Made by a program: the position numbers and the translations under genes. From Octopus bimaculoides (lineage: Eukaryota): a stretch of DNA of 35,394 nt. Where the stretch lies: NCBI RefSeq assembly GCF_001194135.2, contig NC_068984.1:127193765-127229158 (forward strand), read 5' to 3'. The notes under the pieces are model-generated. The model was given only the letters and a program-made list of their open reading frames with translations. It ran no database searches and was not told the origin of the DNA. Positions 23,382 to 33,888 of the stretch are shown here, piece by piece. Position 1 is the first letter of the stretch. The number at the start of each line of letters is the position of its first letter.

Positions 23382-23411
23382 TTGAACTTGAACACAGCAT
23401 ATTATATCTTG
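23382..23411 (-). CDS. Candidate 30-nt micro-exon (QDIICCVQVQ)
   Basis: Strong acceptor aatcctctcctttcag|CAA and donor CAA|gtaaat; frame-symmetric. Confidence 0.35.
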
Positions 23412-23677
23412 CTGAAAGGAGAGGATTTTAGTAATGAGAAACAAGTCAAGTAGGACTAATGAAAACTCTACAAGCAACACAGCAATTTATAAAAATCAGT
23501 CAAGAAACTCTCCTGGCAAGAACACATTCTTGCTTTTTATAAAAGCATACGCTTTCAATAATCCATTGTTTGTGTTAGTTCATCTTTCTAATAATTTTTG
23601 ACTTTCACTGGAGTAGTAGTAAGGAATGATCAATCCAAAACATTGCCGGTTCAAATCCATGACAAGACCATTATCAG

Positions 23678-23998
23678 TACTCTTTTTACTCTTTACTCAT
23701 TTACTTGTTTCAGTCATTTGACTGCGGCCATGCTGGAGCACCGCCTTTAGTCAAGCAAGTCGACTCCAGGACTTATTCTTTGTAAGCCTAGTACTTATTC
23801 TATCGGTCTCTTTTTGCCGAAGCACTAAGTTACGGGGGACGTAAACACACCAGCATCGGTTGTCAAGCGATGGTGGGGGGACAAACACAGACACACAAAC
23901 ACACATACATATATATATACATATATACGACAGGCTTCTTTCAATTTCCATCTACCAAATCCACTCACAAGGCTTTGGTCGGCCCGAGGCTATAGTAG
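23678..23998 (-). mobile_element. Young family A SINE cut by an assembly gap
   Basis: Closely matches 12881-13198. Confidence 0.9.
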
Positions 23999-24756
23999 NN
24001 NNNNNNNNNNNNNNNNNNNNNNNNNNNNNNNNNNNNNNNNNNNNNNNNNNNNNNNNNNNNNNNNNNNNNNNNNNNNNNNNNNNNNNNNNNNNNNNNNNNN
24101 NNNNNNNNNNNNNNNNNNNNNNNNNNNNNNNNNNNNNNNNNNNNNNNNNNNNNNNNNNNNNNNNNNNNNNNNNNNNNNNNNNNNNNNNNNNNNNNNNNNN
24201 NNNNNNNNNNNNNNNNNNNNNNNNNNNNNNNNNNNNNNNNNNNNNNNNNNNNNNNNNNNNNNNNNNNNNNNNNNNNNNNNNNNNNATAGTAATAATAAAA
24301 AATTTTGATCAAAACTCCAGAGGGGGAGGGTAAAAATCAAATAAGCTTTTTTTTTTTTTGGCACAATTGAAATCACCTATGTTGAAAACATGAAAATCTG
24401 AAGAATGTTTTGAAAAAAAAATCAGCATGTTAGAAGTAGAGGATGGATGCATGTTCCAAAGATTTCCTATGTTCAAAATATAGAAATTTGAAAAATGTTA
24501 AAAAAAAAAAACCATCAGAAATGAAAATATTACTGTGGCATGTAGATAATCTGGAAATTTACCCCCTTTTTTTTTTCATAAATTTAATAAAGTCAAATAT
24601 TTCAAAACATCTAGTTGAATTTGGTGAATCTATTTGTGGTGTAGTCATCCAACACTAAAATATTACATTTTCCTCCTTGTGGTAATAAAAAAAATGATAT
24701 AATGAAAGTCGACCACAATGCAATTTGAACACTTTAAATTAAACTAACTTAATAAT

Positions 24757-24970
24757 TCTTTCTGCTATAGGACACAAGACCTGAAATTTTTGGGTAGGGT
24801 GATAGTCAATTACATCAACCACACAGCTCAACTGGTACTTTATTTTATCAATCCTGGAAAGATGAATGGCAAAGTCAACTTCAGTAATATTTGAACTGTG
24901 AATATAAAGCCAGAAGAAATGTTGCTAAGTATTTTGCTCAGCATGCTAACAATTCTGCCAGCTTACCACC
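24757..24970 (-). mobile_element. Family B SINE, degraded
   Basis: Reverse complement of 127-334 (…CTGGTACTT…GCTAACAATTCTGCCAGCTTACCACC). Confidence 0.8.
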
Positions 24971-25129
24971 CTTAGAATAATCACAGGTAAATACATGTCT
25001 ATTGTGTGTTCTGTGACATCGAATTATATTAGACTATATTCATCACACTGCAGGACATAATGATGACACACACCATAAAAAAACTTTGAGCTAAGTTTCT
25101 GTTTAATACTAAGGTTATCCTAACTAAAT

Positions 25130-25358
25130 TTAACCTTTTAGTGTTCAAATCGCTCTATCAAATATAATGTCTATTTATTCACATTGTTTTGAATAAATCG
25201 TACATGATCTCTTAGCTTTGAGATTTCTAAGACGTGTTTGTTTGTTTTTAGAATTACATTGTAGAGTAGGTATAAGGGGCTGGATCTAGCAGATTTGAAG
25301 ATATAATTGGTAGAGTATTTTGGTTGGGTAATGGTCAGTTTAAATGCTAGAGGGTTAG
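25130..25358. mobile_element. piggyBac-like MITE, full length, degraded
   Basis: TTAA|CCTTTTAG ... GCTAGAGGG|TTAG; body collinear with 15960-16137. Confidence 0.7.
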
Positions 25359-25444
25359 CTATATATAAATCCATTTGCTTCAAAAAGAATGAACAAGGAA
25401 TACAATAACAAAACCACAACAACAACGATGTAATTGATTTGAAA

Positions 25445-25655
25445 TTTCAAAGTTTGGCACAAGGCCATCATTTTTGGGAGAGGGGTTAAGTCAATTATAT
25501 CAACCCCAAAGTTCAACTGGTACTTATTTTATTGACCCTGAAAGGATGAAGGACAAAGTGAACCTTGGTGAAATTTGAACCTAGAATGTAAAGACAGACA
25601 ATATGTCAACAAAGCGTTTTGCCCAGCGTGCTAATGGCTCTGTCAGCTCGCCACC
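25445..25655 (-). mobile_element. Family B SINE
   Basis: …AACTGGTACTTATTTTATTGACCC…GCTCTGTCAGCTCGCCACC. Confidence 0.8.
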
Positions 25656-25744
25656 TTAACAACAACAACAATGTAATTCAGAAAGAATCATGTGGAACAG
25701 AAAGTTATAAAACTTGATAGCAACATTGGTGGTAAATACATTTA

Positions 25745-25888
25745 AATCACCATCATCATCATCACCATCATCATTATCGTTTAACGTCCGCTTTCCATGC
25801 TAGCATGGGTTGGACGATTTGACTGAGGACTGGTGAACCAGATGGCTACGCCAGGCTCCAATCTGATTTGGCAGAGTTTCTACAGCTG
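25745..25888 (-). mobile_element. Young, 5'-truncated (GAT)n-tailed retroposon
   Basis: (CAT)n then CGTTTAACGTCCGCTTTCCATGCTAGCATGGGTTGGACG…GGCAGAGTTTCTACAGCTG; CpGs retained. Confidence 0.85.
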
Positions 25889-26397
25889 AATCAGATTGGA
25901 GCCTGAACTTAAATAATCAGCATTAAATTAAGAAAATGCTATAGTAAACTTGTCATTTTACCTTTTAAAAATCCAGGATAAGCAGCATTTAGAGTATGGA
26001 GTGCAATTAGGTCTTGGCTAACACCATGCTTTTTATTTGGTGATCGGAAATTATTCATTTTCCGATTTTGCCTTTTCTTTTCAAAATATTCCTGTTATAA
26101 AAAACAAAATTGTGAAAAAAATATGACAAATGTATTAAGAACATATAAGTTATATACATTAAGTAACAATATTTTCAAGGAAGATTGGAAATGAAGGACA
26201 CTGCTTGCATAATGGTGAAACATGTTTAGAACTATTGCACAATGTCAAGGCAAAGAGACAAGAATACACACACACACATGCATGCATACCTGCACACACA
26301 CACACACACACAATGAGCTTCTTTTAGTTTTTTTCTACCAAACCCACTTCCAAAACTTTCGAACCTGGGTTCTCATTCCTAAGGTATTTTTTGATGT

Positions 26398-26509
<112 letters not shown>

Positions 26510-26656
26510 CAGGTCACTATCCCCAAGACACCTGAAGAAGGCTGGAGAGTATATCAGCTGAAACGTTGTGTTAACAACAAACAAGATGAGGACAAATGTC
26601 TGTCAAATGTAAATAATGTAAATAATGTACAGAATTCCTCATCTCTTAAATATAGA
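26510..26656 (+). mobile_element. Penelope-like terminal repeat remnant
   Basis: CACCTGAAGAAGGCTGG…CAGCTGAAACGTTGTG is the typical PLE terminus signature and abuts a microsatellite. Confidence 0.6.
26527..26572 (+). ncRNA. Minimal type I hammerhead ribozyme motif
   Basis: Stem I GACAC/GTGTT, core CTGAAGA, stem II (A)GGCTG/CAGCT, GAA, palindromic ACGT stem III, GUU cleavage triplet. Folded by hand; activity untested. Confidence 0.6.
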
Positions 26657-27800
26657 TCAAGTACTACCAGTTTACTCATCTTTCCTCTTCTCATAACCCA
26701 TATTATGTCCACCACCCAAGGCCATGCATCAATTACAATTTGTTGTCTTTGTTCCTAGGCATGTTGGCTCTGTAGAATTCTTTTTCAGTCTATGTTTTTC
26801 TGCAGCCAACAAATTGCAAACTGTTCATGAGGAACAACAATCATGTTGCTATCAAAGGGCTTGCAAAGGTCAGGAACATACACACATGACAGGCTTCCAC
26901 ACAGTATCCATCTGCCAAATTCCCTCACATTGGCATGAGGCTGTAGTAGAGATGCCTGAGGTGTTGCATGGCAGGACTCAACCTGGACCTACATGGTTGC
27001 AAAGTGAGCTTCTTAATGATTGAGTCATATGTTAGATAGCCTGGTATTTTATAAGTTTACTTTGAGCTTATGACATATCATTTATATCAAATATCTTAGC
27101 TGTTAATTTGTGTGTGTGTGTGCGTGTGCACGTGTGTGTGAGTGTGTTCACTTGTTCAAATCTAAACTTCATTCCTCCCTACTTTGTTTCCTTCAGCATG
27201 AGAATGTTACTATCATGACTCAATTCATACTTTGCAATACACGCACACATGCATGCACACACACACACACACACACACACAACACGCGCGTTTTCAGAAC
27301 TAGCTTTTTGTTAACATCTGTAAAATGAGATGTCAAATATTTATTGCAGTATTAACGTTAATTATTATTAATCAATAATTACACGTAATATGATATTTCA
27401 TTTTGAGAGAAAATCATTCTAGATTTCTTAACAGCAATATAATTTGATATAGCTAGCAAATATTGAAAAACAATGAAATCATTGTTACTTTTCGTGCCAA
27501 ATTAAGTTTCACAGCGCTGTCTTAAGGCATGACATTTGAAAGAATTTGATATCAATATAAAAAGGTAGAATGAAAGAATTACAAATGTTAATAAAATAAT
27601 TCATGTGTCGGAGGATTTATGAAATAATTAAGAATGGATATGATGAAGTTTTAGAAAATTAGAAAGATATAATTTCATGCAAGAATGATACACCTTTGTA
27701 AATCAATATATTAGCATTCATCATATTCTTCTTCCAAATTCTATGCAATTATCACTTCAATAATCGTAGAACAAATTGTTATACAGCACTGCAAAATATA

Positions 27801-28186
27801 TACCTTTCATTTTTTCCAGGCTTTGGATTGTGACCATGTTGAAGCACTTCATTGAAGGGGTTAGTTAAGTCAACCCTAGAACTTTTTTTTTTAAAGTCTG
27901 GTATGTATTCTATCGGTCTCTTTTGCTGAACTGCTAAGATATGGGGACATAAACAAACCAACACTGGTTAAGCAATAGTTGGAGACAAGCACAAAGCCAG
28001 ACAGACAGACACACATATGTACAATGGACTTCTTTCAATTTCCATCTACCAAATCCACTCACAAAGCTTTGGTCGGCCCAAGGCTATAGTAGAAGACACT
28101 TGCTCAAAATGACTTGGAATAGGACTGAACCTGGAACCATATGGTTGGGAAGCAAACTTTTTACCACACAGCCATGCCTGTGCCTA
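27801..28186 (-). mobile_element. Full-length older family A SINE
   Basis: Collinear with 12881-13289 (TATTCTATCGGTCTCTTTTGC…CACTCACAAAGCTTTGGTCGGCC…TTACCACACAGCC). Confidence 0.85.
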
Positions 28187-28444
28187 TTAAAGGATACTAC
28201 AATGTAATTTGGCTGACACTTTAACAGTTCTACCATTCAACCATCTATAGATTTTTTCTTTTATCAATACTGAATGTATAGAAAGGTGTAAATGCTTTGT
28301 CATCTCGTCTTTAAATATTCTAGCTTCGTGAACAGAAAGAAGGATTTAGCAATAAATCAATAGAGATATTTTGTAGTACAGTATAACATAAATACAAAGT
28401 AGTATTAACACACGAGTAGTCTACATATTTCAATGCACACAATA

Positions 28445-28640
28445 TTCATTATCATCATTTTCTTTTTCACATTCAGTTTTCTCCTGACTGGGTCCGTAGT
28501 ATACAGTAATCACCCCATGCTGTGATCTTGCATCAATTCATTCATGAACCTCAGTAATCCACAGCTTCTTTTCATGTCTTCTTTGATCAGTTTCTATCAC
28601 AGATAACATCTACTGCCAACAGCACAATATTTCTTCATGC
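28445..28640 (-). mobile_element. Decayed RTE-type LINE 3' end
   Basis: Minus strand IKEDMKRSCGL.. and QDHS.W remnants followed by a GAT-rich tail. Confidence 0.4.
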
Positions 28641-28663
28641 ATACACATTACAAACCCCTAACA

Positions 28664-28906
28664 CAGCGATTCTCAACCAGGGTCCATATATGCTTTTGTT
28701 GTTAAAATTAATGTGCAATAAATTGCTTATACTTCAACAATACACAAAATATTTTAATCTTTTTTTCACAAAATTCCTAATAATATTTAAGAACAAAAAT
28801 ACAGTTAGATTTTTTTATATATATACATTGAATGACTATGGAGGTCCAGTAGAGTGAAATAGGGATCAAAGCGGTCCATTGACACAAAAACGGTTAGGAA
28901 CCACTG
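28664..28906. mobile_element. hAT-type MITE with 8-bp TSD
   Basis: TIRs CAGCGATTCTCAACC and (rc) CAGTGGTTCCTAACC. TSD CCCTAACA (28656-28663) and CTCTAACA (28907-28914), 7/8. Confidence 0.8.
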
Positions 28907-29699
28907 CTCTAACAGAAAACTTTATCTCTTAACCCTTTAGCATGTTGTGGAATATGATATATAAGGAACATAAACAGGATACTCAAAACACTTTTCATAC
29001 CATTTTTATTCTCAGTATAAAACATTTAATCAATGAAACTCTACAGAAGACTGAGAAATTGAGTAAAAGACCACATATTGTCAATGTATTTGTATCTTGA
29101 AAGTCTTAGAAGGGTATTTCATTGATATCGATAAACAATACTTGTATGATGTGATACTTTATTGATCATCAGTTGATGTAATCTGCTGTCTATTATTGTA
29201 GAATAATAAAAGTATTTTTATGAGATTATTAACTCTATTCTGAAAAGTGATTTTAATAATGTATATATTTTGCCTCTTTGTGTGGACACCCAGGCTGAAA
29301 GATCCCAGCACAGAAATGCCCTTTTTTTTTTCATTGTTATTAGTTGTGTTGCTTATCCCCAGATTATCTCTCTGATTGGGCTGATCCAATGTCAAAGGTG
29401 TTTCAGCTATGACCCTATATCTAGGATGTGGTTCAAGGGAGATTTGACTGCTATTTCTGTTTGCGTTTCTGTGCATACATGTCTATGCAAATCCACATAA
29501 AATATGCACTGTGCTTATTTATGTACAACTAAAACCACACAACGCAAATATACACACTTATGATAGAAGTGAACAAACAATGTTAATATGTTATTTAGTA
29601 CAACTGCAATCTTGGCCTCAATAAACCTTTGTGATTAATGCAGGCCAGCCAGCATGGAAGGCAGATGTTAAACAATAATTATGATGATGATAATATATC

Positions 29700-29909
29700 A
29701 TTATATATCCGTTGCCAGGCTGGCTCCCGTAGGATTTTCGAGCGAGATCGTTGCCAGTGCCCCTGGACTGGCTTGTGTGGGTGGCGCATAAAAGACACCA
29801 TTTCGAGCGTGGCCGTTTTCGTGCGGGTGACACGTAAAAGCACCCACTACACTCTCTGAGTGGTTGGCGTTAGGAAGGGCATCCAGCTGTAGAAACTCTG
29901 CCAAATTAG
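29700..29909 (+). mobile_element. Young (GAT)n-tailed retroposon module, cut by an assembly gap
   Basis: CACGTAAAAGCACCCACTACACTCTCTGAGTGGTTGGCGTTAGGAAGGGCATCCAGCTGTAGAAACTCTGCCAAAT; CpG-rich. Confidence 0.85.
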
Positions 29910-30273
29910 NNNNNNNNNNNNNNNNNNNNNNNNNNNNNNNNNNNNNNNNNNNNNNNNNNNNNNNNNNNNNNNNNNNNNNNNNNNNNNNNNNNNNNNNNNN
30001 NNNNNNNNNNNNNNNNNNNNNNNNNNNNNNNNNNNNNNNNNNNNNNNNNNNNNNNNNNNNNNNNNNNNNNNNNNNNNNNNNNNNNNNNNNNNNNNNNNNN
30101 NNNNNNNNNNNNNNNNNNNNNNNNNNNNNNNNNNNNNNNNNNNNNNNNNNNNNNNNNNNNNNNNNNNNNNNNNNNNNNNNNNNNNNNNNNNNNNNNNNNN
30201 NNNNNNNNNNNNNNNNNNNNNNNNNNNNNNNNNNNNNNNNNNNNNNNNNNNNNNNNNNNNNNNNNNNNNNNNN

Positions 30274-30309
<36 letters not shown>

Positions 30310-30311
<2 letters not shown>

Positions 30312-30560
30312 AAAGATAATAAGAGTGAAAAAACTACAGAAGGCTTGTGTTACATGGTTAAAGTATATATTTAAATTATGTCAGAAAAAGGTTAGAAAAA
30401 TGTTATAAAATCTTTTTGGTATATAAACATTGTATTTTGAGAAATAACCGGTTTCGTGTTGTCTTTTCAAATTTCTCTACTTCATTGTGTCGTGTTCGTT
30501 AGGCAAACATGATTGCATGTGTAGATGTGGTGTGCGTATGGATGTTGTTATTATTACACA
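30310..30560 (-). mobile_element. Probable Penelope-like terminal remnant next to (TA)n, containing a decayed hammerhead fold
   Basis: Minus-strand CGAAACCGGTT motif inside a 7-bp stem I (30439-30477), adjacent to a TA microsatellite. Confidence 0.4.
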
Positions 30561-30702
30561 CACCCACTCACACAAGCAGTGGCCCAAGAACAAAATTTGC
30601 TTAGGAAGTGCAAACCCAGGTCCAAATTTTTTTATGATAAATGTGGATTTTTTTCAATGTTAACATTAAAACAAATGCAAATATAATAATAATTTTTATT
30701 AT

Positions 30703-31080
30703 TATGAGGATTGACTGAAATGCTCATAGGCTGAGCAAGACACGCTCATGGAATGTGACCAAATGAAGTTCATTTTTTAACGTAGTTCTTCTTAACTGTC
30801 CACTCACTTCTATCAGTGTTGCAGTGCTGGAATCACATTGGTGAAGAAGCTATCCTGTTGGTCAAAATGGTCATCAACAGCAGATAACACATCATCATCA
30901 CAGCGATATTGGTGCCCAGCCGAGTGTTTTTTCATGTTGGACCGCTCCGGGCAACACACACTCTAGCTACGCTAGTGCCCTGCTTTTGACTATTTCTTGA
31001 ATCTATGCCTATACTTCAATGAAACAAACGTTAATTGTTCCAGGCATATAACAACGGATCATGCACGGTTTATACATGAC
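30703..31080 (-). mobile_element. Internally deleted mariner transposon
   Basis: Minus 30775-30940 reads PNMKKHSAGHQYRCDDDVLSAVDDHFDQQD.SFFTNVIPALQH, the mariner C-terminal region. TIR-like TATGAGG…CTGAAATGCTCATAGGCTGA at 30703. The far boundary is approximate. Confidence 0.7.
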
Positions 31081-31289
31081 AGGATCAGCACAGTTATGTG
31101 GTTGCTTCTGAATGTTTTTGTGAGGAATACCAGTGTCTCTGGTGCGATGCATAATTAAAAGGAGGCAGTGTGCATGATTAAATACATACGTACGAATGTA
31201 GGTATGTATGTACGGTGTAATGCATAATTAAGAGGAGGGAGTGTGCATACCTATGCCAAGCCCGCACCATCATGTAAATTTCCAGTAAT

Positions 31290-31511
31290 TTTTCAGATTA
31301 ACACCTGCACGATCTTCACTAGGGTGTTAGGGTCGGGGTTAGGGCTTTAGGGTTAGAGTTAGGGTTAGGGTTTAGGGTTACGGTTAGGGTTTTAGGGTTT
31401 GGGTTAGGAAATTCCGTCCCTTACCATAACCGTAACCCTAAACACTAACCCTAACCCTGACCCTAAAACACCAACACCCTAGTGAAGATCGTGCGGGTGT
31501 TAATCTGAAAA
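31290..31511. mobile_element. Fold-back element with 39-bp inverted arms enclosing degenerate (TTAGGG)n then (CCCTAA)n
   Basis: TTTTCAGATTAACACCTGCACGATCTTCACTAGGGTGTT (31290-31328) versus the reverse complement of 31473-31511: 38/39. Weaker similarity extends to about 31274 and 31525. No TSD seen. Confidence 0.85.
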
Positions 31512-31564
31512 TTTACCAAATTTCCTGGGCCAGATAAATGCACACATCTAGATATAGATATTGG

Positions 31565-31740
31565 TTTCAAATTTTGGCACAAGGCAAACAATTTCGGGAG
31601 TGGGGGGGGTATGTCAATTATATCGACTCCAGTGCTCAACTGGTACTTGTTTTATCGATCCGAACTCAAAACGTAAAGATGGACGAAAGGCCGCTAAGCA
31701 TTTTGTCCGGCGTGCTAACAATTCTACCCGCTTGCCGCCT
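31565..31740 (-). mobile_element. Family B SINE, internally deleted
   Basis: …CAACTGGTACTT…GCTAACAATTCTACCCGCTTGCCGCC. Confidence 0.8.
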
Positions 31741-32502
31741 TAATGCAGATATACAAATTACAATTTATGAACACACACACACAAGAGTGAAGCACAAACA
31801 CTTGTATACTAAAGTGTTAAAAATGTGAAGCGCAGATACTTGTACACTAATGTGAAACGTATATCCACCACACAAATACAAGTTACCCATAAGTACAAAC
31901 ATGCATACATACACACATCAACAGATTCAGACGACCACAAACACCCAGCACCTGCCCTAAATGAAACAAAAGAGCTTTGCCATTTGGTTAGTTGCCAGCT
32001 TGAATTCTCCAAATGAAAAAAAAAAGATTAATAGATCCTAAAGAAACACACACACACGTCTATAATGAGAAAAGCAAAAAAAAAAAAAAGATTTTTAATA
32101 ATTGTTTTCTGCTTCTCTCATTATGCGTGAGTTCGCCTCTTTCTATTTCAACCTGTTTCTATGTGATTGGATTTATATATCAGCAGAATATAGGAATTTA
32201 ATGTACGATTGTATGACGAAAATTTTAGGATAAATTGATTGTAGAAATATCTCATTCGCATGATAAGGCATGAAATAGTTGGGGTAAGATAAATATTGTT
32301 ATCGACTTTTTTACACTTAGAAATATCAAAATTCCAGAAAAATTAGTTCCACCACTGACTGAAGATAATACTGAAATGTATCTACTACAAATTCATTTTG
32401 CTTGTAGTTGACTTTTAAGTTTCGCTGAAACCTAAATGCAGCCGGTAAGTGCTTAATGTTTAAATTGACGAGTAAAAAAATCTCAATATTTTCGATTAAA
32501 AA

Positions 32503-32628
32503 GGGCGGTGAGCTGGTAAAATCGTTAGCACACCAGACGTTCGTTCTGAGTTCGAATGTCGCCGACGTCAACTTTACCTTTCAAGGTTGACAAAATAAGT
32601 CAAGAACTGGGTCACTTTATATTGACCT
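32503..32628 (+). mobile_element. Family B SINE, deleted
   Basis: GGGCGGTGAGCTGGTAAAATCGTTAGCAC…GTTCTGAGTTCGAAT. Confidence 0.75.
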
Positions 32629-33049
32629 TGTATCTATACTAGAAAGAAAATATATATTAGATAAATTGGCGCACATGGCGGAGACGTAACTCGACCCCCT
32701 CCCCCACTTTCTATAAATTTTTTTTTTTTAAACAGAAACCCACGTTTTCGGCTACAGAGATTCCGATTCTTAGAAGAAATCGCAATTTCAAAATTTCACC
32801 CCCCCCCCTTCCCATCTCTTCATCTCACTTTTTTCAGATATTTTTTGAGACGAAAAACGTAGAAAAATACGGAGATAATGATTCTGAAGAAAAAAAAAAA
32901 CTGTTTGTAAAATTTCAATTTTTTCAAAAATAAAAATAAAAATTGCTCCAACCCCTCCTCTCCCGATTCTACAGCCTTCAAGCAGGCCACCCACAGCTAG
33001 AAATAACAACCAAATCTCGCACAAACTTTTTGGCACATACGTACATACT

Positions 33050-33232
33050 CTGTATCGAATGCTTTGCTGTATCCCTTGGATAATATTGGTGGCAAGGAAG
33101 GAGAGGGTAGGCTGGTATGCTTGGGTGACTGTCGGTCCTCCATAAACAAATTTGCCCGGACTTGTACCTTGGAGGGGAACTTTCTAGGTGCAATCTCATA
33201 GTCATTCATGGCCTAAGGGGATCTTTACCCTT
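33050..33232 (+). mobile_element. 3' half of another abundant SINE-like repeat
   Basis: CCCTTGGATAA…GGCTGGTATGC…GCCCGGACTTGT…CTTTCTAGGTGCAATC…TCTTTACCCTT. Recognised from memory of cephalopod repeats only. Confidence 0.5.
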
Positions 33233-33557
33233 CTCCACTACTAGATATTAGTAACCACATCGATCCTCTACAAAAACCTGCACTACCGCACCTCCTTCTC
33301 ATAGATCATTCCCTTGTTCACTGGCACCAAGCTGACCCCACCCCACAGGATTTGTAGTTCTGCGAGGTACATGGATGTTAAAAGATAGTGATGATTTATA
33401 TATTTTTTTGTGAAAATGTTCCTGAATATAACAACACAAAAGTAACCACAGCAGAGTTAATAATGATGATGATGATGATGATGATAAAAGTGATGTCAAC
33501 TACTTTGTTGATTTGACATAAGCAATTTAGAATTGTTTTGTGTATGTTTATATATAT

Positions 33558-33888
33558 GGAGGCGCAATGGCCCAGTGGTTAGGGCAGCGGACTCGTGGTC
33601 ATAGGATCGCGGTTTCGATTCCCAGACCAGGCGTTGTGAGTGTTTATTGAGCGAAAACACCTAAAGCTCCACGAGGCTCCGGCAGGGGATTGTTGCGAAC
33701 CCTGCTGTACTCTTTCACCACAACTTTCTCTCCCTCTTACTTCCTCTCTCTGTTGTACCTGTAATTCAAAGGGTCAGCCTTGTCACACTGAATATCCCCG
33801 AGAACTACGTTAAGGGTACGCGTGTCTGTGGAGTGCTCAGCCACTTGCACGTTAATTTCATGAGCAGGCTGTTCCGTTGATCGGATCA
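33558..33888 (+). mobile_element. Young tRNA-derived SINE (third family), cut by an assembly gap
   Basis: Box A TGGCCCAGTGG (33568-33578) and box B GGTTTCGATTCC (33611-33622), with a tRNA-unrelated body of more than 250 bp. Comparable in design to the described Octopus OK/OR SINEs; exact family not assigned. Confidence 0.85.

Noticed and set aside
33558-33630. tRNA-like sequence with A and B boxes
   Set aside because: No complete acceptor stem, and it continues directly into a SINE body, so it is a SINE head rather than a tRNA gene.
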